Source of the DNA: Podospora anserina
Lineage: Eukaryota
Assembly: GCA_017654855.1 (NCBI GenBank)
Contig: CM030333.1
Coordinates: 4,774,001 to 4,838,000 of the forward strand
Direction: 5' to 3'
DNA length: 64,000 nucleotides
Positions 11,744-23,500 of this stretch are shown piece after piece. The position numbers and the translations under genes were made by a program. Each line of letters opens with the position of its first letter. Position 1 is the first letter of the stretch. The notes under the pieces are model-generated. The model saw only the letters and a program-made list of their open reading frames with translations, had not been told where the DNA came from and made no database searches.

Positions 11744-13006
11744 ATGGATTCCTACGGTTCCCAAGGACGTGCCTGCTTCACCTGTGAGTTTGCCCCCGTC
11801 CGTCCAGTCTCGACGACTTTCCTACTCTTCCCTTGCCCGATACTGTGACTTCGATGCCCTCGCTACACACACCGCATGGCTGCTTTCATCGGGTGGTCTG
11901 CACATGATATACGCCTCGAGTATACGCTTGGCTTTCTACGTCCGCATGACCCTTCATGTCATGTTCTGTTTGCAGTCGGATCGTTGGATGTCGGTCTGCG
12001 CATCAGAGTCGAACCCTTCCCTCTGCTTGGATGCCATCGCACTGGATCACTGTCTTCATTGGAACCGACTTTCCATGTTGGGACATCCTGGTTGGACAGC
12101 TTATAGCAGTGGGAAACCCTCCTGCCTTTCTTGGCAAAGAGCACCCCGCACTACATCACCATGACACCGCCTGACTTTTGTTGTGTGAGGGAGAGAAGAT
12201 CTAACATGAGAGAAATATAGGCGGGCAGACCACTCATCAGGTATGACACCGGCGACGAGAGACTCCTTACCGGAGAGAGGTATTGTCCTGTTTGGTTTCG
12301 AGTCACTGACATGTTGCAAATAGGCCCGCGACTGCCCCAACAAGGGTGCCGCCAAGTGCTATAACTGTGGCAGTAGGTTACCCTGAAGACATACTTCGCT
12401 CGAGATGGACAGAAGACTGATCAGAGATGTTTGCGCTTTACAGTTGAGGGCCACATGAGCCGTGACTGCCCCGAGGGTCCCAAGGACACCAAGACCTGCT
12501 ACCGCTGCGGCCAGGCCGGCCATATCTCTCGCGACTGCCCCACCGGTGGTGACCAGGGTCCACGCCAGGGTGGTGGTGGTGGCAGCTCTGCTGAGTGCTA
12601 CAAGGTCAGCTCCTGCTATTCGGTGTACCACAGTCAGACGCCTGTACTAAATCTGTTGTCAGTGCGGCGAGGTCGGCCATATTGCCCGCAACTGCCAGAA
12701 GGGCGGCAACTCCTATGGTGGTGGCTACAACTCCGGCTATGGTGGCAACTTCAACCAGAAGACCTGCTACTCTTGCGGCGGCATGGGTCATCTGTCCCGT
12801 AAGTTCTTCCACAACTTGTCTTGTTCATACAGACAGCTAACACGCACTCTTCAGGTGACTGCGTCAACGGCAACAAGTGCTATAACTGTGGCGTTTCCGG
12901 CCATCTCTCCCGCGAGTGCCCCAAGGAGTCTACTGGTGGCGAGAAGATCTGCTACAAGTGCCAGCAGTCTGGCCACGTCCAGTCCCAGTGCCCCAACAGC
13001 GCTTAA
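11744..13006 (+). CDS. GIS2: CNBP/Gis2/Byr3-like protein with seven CCHC zinc knuckles
   Basis: Six exons (11744-11783, 12221-12240, 12324-12372, 12444-12604, 12663-12798, 12855-13006) join into repeated C-x2-C-x4-H-x4-C motifs with Gly-rich linkers. All introns are GT-AG with CTRAY-like branch points. Confidence 0.88.
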
Positions 13007-13993
13007 GTTGCGGGTGTAGCAGAGACGGAGCGATAGCATTTTTCTTCTCACCCTGTTCTTTCAGCCACTTTCAGCCTTTGCATTTTGCTATTTTCGTCAG
13101 GATGAGGGTAGAATGGAAACAAGTGGAGTTGTAGGGAGGGGGGAGGTAGCTCGGAGGTAGTTTGACGGCAGGGACCGGTGTGCGGCCGGTCCAGGTGAAG
13201 TGCTTGGTGTTCGCACATCGGCGCTTCGACGGTGCATTGCTGGTATCTCAGAGGCAATCTGGATATCGCTCCGCTTGGCATTTCCACGACCTGATTGCAC
13301 GCAATCTAGGTCGGGACAAAGATTCCCCAAATTTTCCTTTTTTTCCTTTACTTGTTTTTACTATCGCAAAAAGTTACCCATTCGCAACTTGTCATGACAC
13401 GACGATCATACGGACTTTTACCAGGGCAAACACGGAAAAGTTTTGCACAACCATATTGGCGTTTGGGACAGGCAGGGCTATCTCCAAATGGGATTCCGAG
13501 TCTTGCTCACGAAGGCAGCAGCAGAGAAGAGATCAACCAAGTCGCGGATCTGGGTTCTGGGTTTTATGGCAAAAACGGTTTTATGACTACTAGATCATGG
13601 ATCGGGACTGGAAAAGGATTCACGAGAAGGGTCCATAGAAATGACAACTGGTCTGGTTCACAACAGTCGTGGTTCTCGTGCCATGTGTGTGTAGTGTTGA
13701 ATTTTTGTTTAGAGTTGTGATATGTTCACCTGGCCTGAGGAAAGACATCACAAGCAAGTCAAGAATCAGAAAAGTCAATGGAGATCTTGAAATTCAAGCC
13801 TCTTGAGGGCCCTTCTGTATGTTGTTCTTACACCTCTAATCTGTGCTATTCCAAAAACAGATAACAAAAATATGTTTACCTCTTCCTATCCCTCATTACA
13901 TCGGCCCCATGTCCTTGACTAGGTATTCAATCCCTTTCCAACCATTTTTTTTCTATTTTAGTTTTCTTTTCTTGTTTTCTGTCTCGCCACAAT

Positions 13994-15628
13994 TTACAAG
14001 ACAGCCTTGGGCATAAACTTCATAGCCTGCCTGACACCCAAATCACCAAGAACCTCCTCGGCACCGCCCAGGATGGAGTCAAACTTGTACGTCCTGTTGA
14101 AGTTCTCAATCACGCGGCCCATGCCGGTCTGGGTCAAACCGCGACCACCCCAGATCTGGACGGCCTCGTCGGCGATCTCGTGGGCGGCGCGGGTGCAAGA
14201 CATCTTGAGGAGGGCGATGGGGCCGCCCATGTGCTTGGCTTGTTGGGAGTAGGACATGTTGCACATTTGGTAACTAATGATGACACAAAAGTTAGTGGGA
14301 TGTTGTGGACAGATAGGTGGGGAAAGGGGGGAAAGGGTCGCTTACGTGATGGTCTCCAGCCAGGACTGGTGAGACTCGCAAAGGGCAATCATCTTAGCGA
14401 GCTTCTGGCGAATGACGGGCTGGTCGATGAGCCTCTTCTTGAAGACGATTCTCTGGTGAGCCCACTTGAGGCACTCCTCCGTTACGAGACGCATGTAGCG
14501 GATGGTGGCGCAGGCCATGGTCCACCGCTCGTGGTTGAAGTTGGAGAGGATGACATAGATGCCCTTGTTCTCCTCACCCAACAGGTTCTCGACAGGGACC
14601 TTGACGTTGTCAAAGGTGATGTAGGCGGTGCCGGCAGCGGGGGAGTACGAGGTCTTGATGGGCTTGGTCTCAACGCCCTCGCCGCGGGGGATGAGGAGCA
14701 CCGACAAGCCCTTGCCGGTGTTGACACCGGTGACGAAGTAGTCAGAGAAGACACCGTTGGTGATCCACTTCTTGGTGCCGTTGACAATGTAGTGCTTGCC
14801 GTCGGGGGTCTTCTTGGCGGTGGTGCGGAGGCCGGCAACGTCGGAGCCGGCAAAGGCTTCGGTGATGGCGAGGCAGATCTTCTTCTTGCCAGAGAAGCAC
14901 TCCTCCTCGACCTTGGCCTTGAGGGCGGGGTTCTTGTGGCCGTAGTTGAGAACGCAGGTGAGACCAATGACCATACCGGCCATGTTGCCGTCCTGGAAGC
15001 CGCGGCAGGCAGCGCGGACAGCCTCCTGGGAGCAGATCATGTCGTGGAAGTAGTCAAACTCCTTGCCGTCGACGGCACCATCGAGGAGGTTGACACCGTG
15101 GAGGTGCTTGCCGGGACCCATTCTCATGTGGAGGACACCAGCCTTGGACATGCGGTCGATAAGCTCCTGGGAGACGATCTCGCCGGAGCGCTCCTTCTCG
15201 AGAGCCTCGGGGGTGATGTACTTGTCGGTGAAGATGCGCATGGCCTTCTGGAGCTTGCGGTGGCTGTCCTTGAAGTAAGGGGACTTGAACTGGGGGGTGA
15301 GCCAGAGGGGCTCGGCATATGGGACGGTGGAAAGATCGCCAGCTTGGGGGGTGATGATGGACTGCTTCTCGCCCTCGATGGTGCCGATGGCAAGGTCAGA
15401 GTACTTCTGGAGAACCTCGTGTCTGTGAAGGTTGTAGAAAGCGGCAGTGGCATCGGTACCGGCAACCTGACGGAGGACAGCCTCACCACCGGGGTGGGCA
15501 TCTAGGAACTCGGAAACATCGTAGACGACGGTGTCAATGACGAACCAGACACTATCTTCGGTGTTGTGCTTGGCGACCTCGGCGCGGGTGAAGGTCTTGG
15601 AGGGGACCTCGAGGACGGACGAGGACAT
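13994..15628 (-). CDS. Acyl-CoA dehydrogenase with N-terminal cytochrome b5 domain
   Basis: Cyt-b5 heme motif VYDVSEFLDAHPGG; ACAD motifs CLAITEAFAGSDVA, NGTKKWITNG and AVQIWGGRG. Intron 14345-14274. Confidence 0.92.
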
Positions 15629-17578
15629 GTTGATGGTTGTTGGTTGATCTTTGAGGGTTTCGAAATATAGAAAAGGGAGGGTATCACAGAGATGGATGGT
15701 GGAACAAGAAGCGGTGCCGCTGTCGCAAAGATCAAGACACACGGGAGAAACCTAAACAAAGAAACTGGTATCAACGAGGAAGAGAGGTTCACACAAGAAG
15801 AACAGGGAACAATGGGTCGAGGAAGGCTACCATGTGGTTTTTATTCAGATCTCGGGCCCAGCAACCTCCAGGCCATCATCACCTGGACCAGGGGGCATTC
15901 CTCCCCAATTGACCGCGGGTCACTGGACTTGATTCGGCAGGTTGTGTTGCCCGTGTTGTTGGACGACCTCGGCTTTGGAAGCTGGGCTGGGTCGGGGCCC
16001 TGGAATGTGGGGAATGCTCCAAAATCCGCATTGCATTGCCTGTGATTGGCTGCGTCTCCAAGCCCGTGCCAAGACTCTTCCAGGTCATCTTGAGCTTGCG
16101 CTGTGCGGAGCATGTGATGCTGCGTCGATGCTGTGGCACTCGGCCTGCGGATTGGAACTTCCGAGACGGCGCCATGACTCGGTTTCTTCAAAGACCATTG
16201 CCAGCTCAGAATCGGCGAAGATTCTCTGCCATTTTCAGGGGAATTCTGCCGAAATACTTCACGGAACCTTGTCAGACACGCTGTTTGGTGTCTTTTTTCC
16301 CCGCGGGGAACCCTCGCAGGGGGGCTCAAGCCAGCCGTCGGCAAGTGTCGTCATCGACGACCGGCAGCGTGGGGTTGCGACAGGGATTAACCACAAATCA
16401 GTCAGTGGTTACACGCCTATTTGGGTTCGCGGGCGACCTCTTTCGAGCTGTTGAAGAGCCTCAATTGTTTCTCAACCCATATCCCGTTGGTCTTCCTCAA
16501 ATGTCAAGGTTTCAGCCTGGGAGCGGTGTTTCCTCGAGTCCGTTTCCGTTGTTGCATTTGCTCCACGCAACCCCGCATTGACCTTGCCTTATGCCCCCAC
16601 AATCGAACAGCTTGTTGCGGGTGCCTCGGGCGATATTGAACGACAGGTCCAAATCGAGTGTTTCGATAAAGACTACAGCTGTGTTTTATCTCTTGTACCT
16701 TGTTTCTCTTTTCTAGGGAGATACACGCCAACACTCATCATCAGAGGTGGATATCTCATGTTTCTGGCTTACGGCGGCCCTTATCTCTTCCACCTTCATA
16801 GGCTTACAAAGTTGCTCGTATTGTAAGTGTTTCTCCATGGCTTGGTGTCATACGTGGTGTCTGTGGCACACACGGTGAGTGGGACCTCGTGGTTAAGCTC
16901 TCCGACCGCATCAGCTGCATGCTCAAGTATCAGTGAACTATTGGCTACTTCAGCTTCCAAGAGACTGCTCTAGACCCAGTGGTCTGGATGTTCCTTTCAC
17001 CGGTGCTACAGTTGTGTGGGACAGCAGTTCACCGGCAGCTTCTTCTTTTGGCTTTCCGAGAGAAGATACTGCACTTTCTAGATTACCTGTCCACCACTGA
17101 CGAGGGTTCGCTGCTGAACCCTTCATAACCCGCTGGTGTGCTCCGGCATAATTCGAGGCTCTTATCGGCCTTTCCATCTGACAAGGGAGGACCGATACCA
17201 CCACCAAAGCCGTCCTTCCAATACTGCAAGGCAGCTTACCTTCCTGACCGACTATGCCTATCTCACCATTTGCTTGCACCTTTGCGGCTTTGGTCAAGCA
17301 ATTTATGAGGCTCAGCATGGCAGGTGCAACTCTTGTTGGCCCAGAAGGCGATTACTCCCAGCCTTTCCCCGCTGAAGTACCCCCTCGTGATGTTCATCTC
17401 ATGAGTATATCCACCCGTCTCCTCGTAGACCATGAGGTGCGGGCTTTTGCTCGACATTCTTTTTTGTTACCGCCATCATTGTTGCATTCATTCCTACAGA
17501 CCATCGAGCTTCTAGTAGTTTTACAATACTTCTTGCAGTGTTATCACACTTTCGAGGGTTCCAAAAAAGCTCACCAAG

Positions 17579-19382
17579 ATGGATGCTTACTCGATGTCAA
17601 TTAGTAGCGCTTCTCGGAGAGTCACCTCGAAGCTGTATCAAGATCTGAAGACAGCCAGGCTTTACACTTTTGACAGATCACATAAGGAACTGGGCATCAT
17701 GGATAGAGTCTTACAGGTACCTGTGGTTCATAGTAGAAGCTGGTGTTAATGCCGCTAACTCACTTGGTAGTTCGAATCTTTGGATCCGAATAGAAAACCA
17801 CACATTGGGATTGTCGGTGCTGGTTTTGCAGGTCTTCGATGTGCAGATATCCTCATTCGATATGGCTTCCGAGTGACGATCCTTGAAGCCCGTAATCGCC
17901 TCGGCGGCAGGATACATCAAGAAAGGCTCCCCAGCGGCAATCTGATAGACATGGGCGCCAACTGGATCCATGGCACTGATGATAACCCGATCCTGGATCT
18001 GGCAAAGGAGACCAAGACACACACTGGGGTCTTTGACAGCGAATCGTATGTTTTTGACGAAGACGGCACACTTCTATCTGCACAGGAGGGAGAGAAATTC
18101 TCAACGGTCATGTGGAATATCATTGAAGAGGCTTTTGAGTACTCTGAGAAGCACGGGACTCAAATAGACGCGGACAAGACGCTGTTAGACTTCTTCAAGG
18201 AGCAAATTCTCAAGCAAATACCCGATACACTAGAGGGATATGAACGACAGAGGAAATTTGTCCTGCAGATGGCCGATCTTTGGGGGGCTTTTGTTGGCAG
18301 TCCAGTTGAGACACAGAGTCTCAAGTTCTTCTGGTTAGAAGAGTGTATTGACGGTGGTAAGACATCTTCAAGAGCTAACTCGTATCACGCCGACACTGAC
18401 ATTACAACAGAAAATTTGTTTTGCGCTGGGACCTACCACAAAATCCTGGAGAGGGTAGCGAAGCCAGCTGTTGATGGCGCTGATATTCGATATGGAACGC
18501 GGGTATCGGAGATATACGGAAAATCTACATCACCCAATGGAACTCCCAGGGCGATGACTGCCGATGGCCAGATACTCGAGTTTGACGAGCTGGTTGTCAC
18601 CACACCGCTTGGATGGCTCAAACAGAACACTCACGCCTTCCACCCTCCTCTTCCAGATCGACTATCCAAAGCCATCCAGAATATTGGATACGGATGCCTA
18701 GAGAAGGTCCGTGTCTATCACGACTTTGTCTGCACACATATGACTAACACCCCATGTGTCACAGGTGTACATCTTCTTCCCAACTGCCTTCTGGCTTACA
18801 CCTGATGCAAATGGACGGAAAGTCCAAGGATTTTGCCAATGGCTTTCGCCAAACTATTCCAAAGACACCAATCCCGCCGGTTGGACCAACGAGATCGTCG
18901 AGCTCGCCTCCATGGGGCCTTCTTCTCATCCGACGTTGCTATTCTACACATACGGCGATGAATCACGACATATCACATCCACCTTGCGCTCTCTGCCCTC
19001 GCAGAAAGAGAAACTCGACTTTTTGTTCAACTTCTTCAAGCCATACTACTCACGGCTACCGTCATACGACGAGAACAACCCCGACTGCCACCCTGTAGTT
19101 GCGGTAGCCACTGACTGGCTTGGTGATGATTTGGCGGGGAATGGCAGCTATGCCAACTTCCAGAAGGGGCTCAAGGAGGGCGACAAAGACATCGAGATCA
19201 TGCGGCAGGGAATATCGGGTGAGGGGATCTGGCTGGCGGGGGAGCACACCGCGCCGTTTGTTGCTCTGGGGACTGTGACAGGGGCTTACTGGAGCGGGGA
19301 GGGGGTTGCAAAGGAGGTGGCGGGGAGTTATGGGAAGAGGATGGCGGAGAAGCTTGGAAAGGAGGATGCCATCACCAACTGA
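17579..19382 (+). CDS. Flavin-containing amine oxidase (polyamine oxidase Fms1-like)
   Basis: Dinucleotide-binding IVGAGFAGL..LEARNRLGGRI, DMGANWIHG, and C-terminal LAGEHT..GTVTGAYWSG. Introns 17717-17770, 18357-18410 (in frame) and 18707-18764. The start could alternatively be ATG 17699. Confidence 0.88.
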
Positions 19383-20542
19383 AGCGTAGTTCATCATGAT
19401 ATCTGTGTCAAAACGGTGGTGGGGAGAGCGAGGTCCAGGCTAATAAGGTAGCGGTTGGTTACATTCCTGAGCGTCCACAGATTTATTGTTTTGGATAAAG
19501 GTAGAGCAGTTACCTATTGTAGCTTAGCAACGGCAAGTCACAGCGTTTTGTTTGCTGTCTGGAACTCCCTGCTGCTGTTGCCTGTGCCTTGTCTGCAGCG
19601 CGAGGGCTGCGCTGCTTGCGAAATGGTGAGGCGGGCAGAGTCAAATGACTGCTTTGGTGCAGACGGTTGCATCTCGAGGAGTCAGCCTGTTGCAAAAGAT
19701 TCCCCCTAGCCGTGGTAGCACCCGCCACGTCGTATTTGTGTGAGTCTCCCACCTGGCCTCTCCCGACGGTTCAAAAACATGCCGGTTTTCAATTTCCCAG
19801 CACCCAGCATAAGGCATCCAGCCTCCGTTCTCTCTTGGAGCTGGTTCCAGCTGGGCCAGCTGGGAAGGCCGACCTAAGTGTCATCGGTCTGAGGTCCAGT
19901 GCCGGTGTCATGGCGGGGCGCTCCTAGCGAACCCCTAAGGTTGGGAAAGTGGGGCGCCTAAGCTCACTCTGTGACTCTCTTCTAGTGGAGGCGGTTTGCT
20001 GTATTCGTATCCCTGCCACGCCCAGCACGCTACCGATAAGGCCGATCAACTGATTGGTGTGTGGTTACACCCAGAGCTTGTCACGGGTCGTCTCTTGCAA
20101 GCTGCTCACCACGTCAACTCCCAGTTGCGCCTCTTGCCTATGTCTGGAAACCTTGGAATCCCGGGGGCTTCTTTTTGGTTTGTCCCCTAAAAACCCTAAA
20201 CAAAGTACACAATACTATCCAGAGAAAGCCTCGGAGGCTTTTTGAAAATCTTGTTTCGTTGTGCCCTAACCTTCACCCTTACACCATCGCTGTCACTGAT
20301 GATGCTCGCCCCAATATGACCTTGCCCCGCACATCCGCCTCATCGTCCCCCAGACAGTTGGACGATTGCATATCGAAGTGCCTGTCAGCTCATCGAACCA
20401 TCATCCGATCCGATACCCAAACACTGAGATATCCAAACCAGCATACTTACCAGACGGTGACGGTGACGGCGACCCGGTGAAACCGCCCCGCGCGCGCCGA
20501 ACGACCGGCATCGCAGATAAGCGATAACGATCATCGCCCATC

Positions 20543-23500
20543 ATGGCGTCTTTCTTTCCGTCGTTTCGCCAGTCGCGGATGCCCAAGCGGCTGCTTCGGT
20601 TCGCCCTGGCACGGCTAGACGTTCTGGACGAGACAGCGCTTGACTTGGAGAACCTTGATTTTGCCGTTGGAACAAACACGGTCCTGGAATTCCGAGATGT
20701 CGGGCTTGTACTCCAGGTACGCACCTGCCGCCTAGTTTTTGATGCTGACCTTGAGATGCTTTCGTAATTTGTTGCAAGGGCTGTCTATCCTAACATGTCG
20801 TAATGTGAAATAGAAACTGGAGAAGCTCTTGGGGCTCCCTCCAACCTTTTCGATCCAGAAAGCCAAGATCCTCGTCTTGCGAGTTACGATTCCCATGAAC
20901 ATCTTCACAAGCCCGATCATAGCCGAGGTCGATGGTGTTGATGTCCAGCTCAAGATTATGTCGCAACAGGAGGTGGAACAGCAGCGGTCAAAGAAGAGGA
21001 GGAGATGGCGGGCCACTGATGATGTCGTTCCGACTGCTGCCGACCTTGCGCAGTCGTTCCTGGAAACACAGCCGGTATCAGAGAAGAAAGAGCTGGAACA
21101 GGCACTTGTTGCGGAATCGCAGGACCTCGGAGCTTCAGTAACCATGAGTGAACCTGAGAGCGATGACGAGTCGTCGTTCGGTACCGGCCAAGCTCTGTCA
21201 CTGCCAGCTTTCATGACCGACTTCCTCCAGGGCATTGTCGACAGAATGCAAGTTCGGATACATGGTGTTTCATTCCAGGTTGATACCGAAGTGCCACTGG
21301 ACGCGAACTCCCAGCCCCCTGAGTTGGTCACTTTTCGACTTTCGCTGGATAAGGTGGATGTGGAAGGTGTCACTACATCAGCAGATGATGCTGAGGGCGG
21401 TCCAGAGATTGTTCACAAGGAGGGCAAACGGCATATTCTTCTGGACAACATCCGAGCGTTCCTGATCACCGAGGCAAATGTGTTCTCGTCATTAGTACCA
21501 TCCCCGACGATGCTATCTTCTCAAGGATCAGCCCAGTCTCCGGAAGCAACTGAGGCCCCGTCATTTCCAACTCCCGGCGCCAATCTGGCAGACAGCATAA
21601 GCTCTGCGTCGGTAACTTTGGATGATTTTGCGCAACTTCAGGCTCAGATGCACGATAGCGAGGCGGCGCTGAATATCCCCTACGAGTTTGACCAACCTAA
21701 TACGTTTGTTGAATATGCAGAGCCGAATTCGCCTGGTTCCACACCCCGGGCATCTCTTTACCAAGATATGGCAGGCCTTGGTCTTCAGGAGCACGCCAAG
21801 TCTACGCTTGTAGAGCCGGGGGCTTCAAGCTGGTCTGCTCCGGAGAGAGAAGCACAGTCAGAGCCTTTTCTCCGGCCTCCAGAAGGCTTCCCACTTGGTT
21901 CGTCGGTCTCTCCCGCTGGCTCTGTGCATTCAGAGGCTGCTAGTAGCGAATCTAGTGGCGGAGCCGAAGACCTTACGCAATCCCATCTCTACAGCCACGA
22001 GGAAGCTGAGAGCATGTACATGAGTGCCTTCTCATATACAGGTTCGGTAAAGCTACGCGGAGCAATGCCCGGATCTTGGGATGAGCAAGAGTCCGTGTCA
22101 TCGGGGGGAAAATCCGACGCCGCTGGCCCATCATCTGCACAACCCCAGAATTCACCCCCACCAGAAACACAGGGTGGACGGTTCTACAACGAGACTGGAC
22201 AACCGCCAGACCAGTCCTCTCTATCTCCCCAAGGCACATCGCCAATATCAACGCGAAGTCCCGTTGCCGAATTCTCAGAAGATCACAATCTAGGCCAAGA
22301 ACCAGAGCGCCACCAAGATGACATCCCGACGCCTCGTGGACCTACCAGATTAGTGAAAGAAGTCATTTCACTAAGCTCCATATCGGTCTATCTACCATCA
22401 AATCACAAGCACCTACACGTCACGACTCCTGACCTCGCAAGTACTACCCCAAATCTCCCAGGAGCATTTTCGGTCCACTCACCTGAACCTCTGAGCCCCT
22501 CGTCACCCGTTTCCGAAACCCCGGCTGAACACCCGCCTCTTGACCCATCTATTGAGGTTATCCTGAAGCCGATAGAGGTGCGGTTTGATGCCTCGATTGG
22601 GTTTCTTTTAGCCATGGTGGTGAGCCGCCTGCTGGAAGCAGTGCAAACATCCGAAACCAGCAATACAGCTCCGTCCAGGTCAGACTCTAAGCCTGCGCTG
22701 GACCTCAAACTCGTAGTGGAAGGTCTATCACTCCAATTTTTGGAGAAACTTGCAGGTGTTGCCGACACGGCACAGAAACATTTCGAGAAGCGGTCACCGG
22801 ACTTTGCGTCCGATGTCCTCCTGCAAGCAAATTTGAGGGGAATCAAAGCTTCGCTCTCAAGCTCTGGCTCCGACATGGAAGCCGATATTGCTATTGAAAA
22901 GCTCACATTTGGGTATGCCAATGACCAGATTATATCGTTTGATCGATCCGTTCAAATGTATGAATCTATGGCTGCCAGCACTCTCTTGTCTTCGGGACAG
23001 GATATCTCAGTCAAGCTCACCAAGAGCTCTGGAAGGTCGAGCCTCAAAGTTAACACACTTCCTCTACATGTCAAACTCGATCTCCCAAAGTTGGATGAAA
23101 CATTCATCTGGTTTGGAGGCTTGAGCAGCTTCCTCAACATGGGCTCTTCGATCACCTCGAATCCTGCAAAGAGCACAACTGTTGCGCCGCAGAAGCCCAA
23201 GGGTGTTCGATTCGAAACCCCGAGTTCGGATGATCGACCTGTCAGTTCAGGTGACAAGGCTGAGATGCGCATCAATGGGATCCGGCTGGATGTTATCGGG
23301 AGAGACTGTAGCATGGCCCTTGACACCAGCGCTCTCAAGTTGATCAACAGGGGAGAAGGCGTCGGTGTGCACTTCAGCAAGATACAGCTGGCAGGGCCAT
23401 ATCTTCGCAATTCCCAAGCTGCAGCTCCCATCATTGCCAAAATTGTGGACACCCGGATCGAGTTTGTCATGGCGCCGCGGGAACAAGATCTTGAGAGGCT

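Noticed and set aside
14180..15505. 441-aa plus-strand ORF
   Set aside because: Antisense shadow of the strongly codon-biased acyl-CoA dehydrogenase; no domain.
15629..15742. GTG-initiated extension of the acyl-CoA dehydrogenase
   Set aside because: ATG 15628 has an ideal ATCAACATG context and the upstream sequence looks like 5' UTR.
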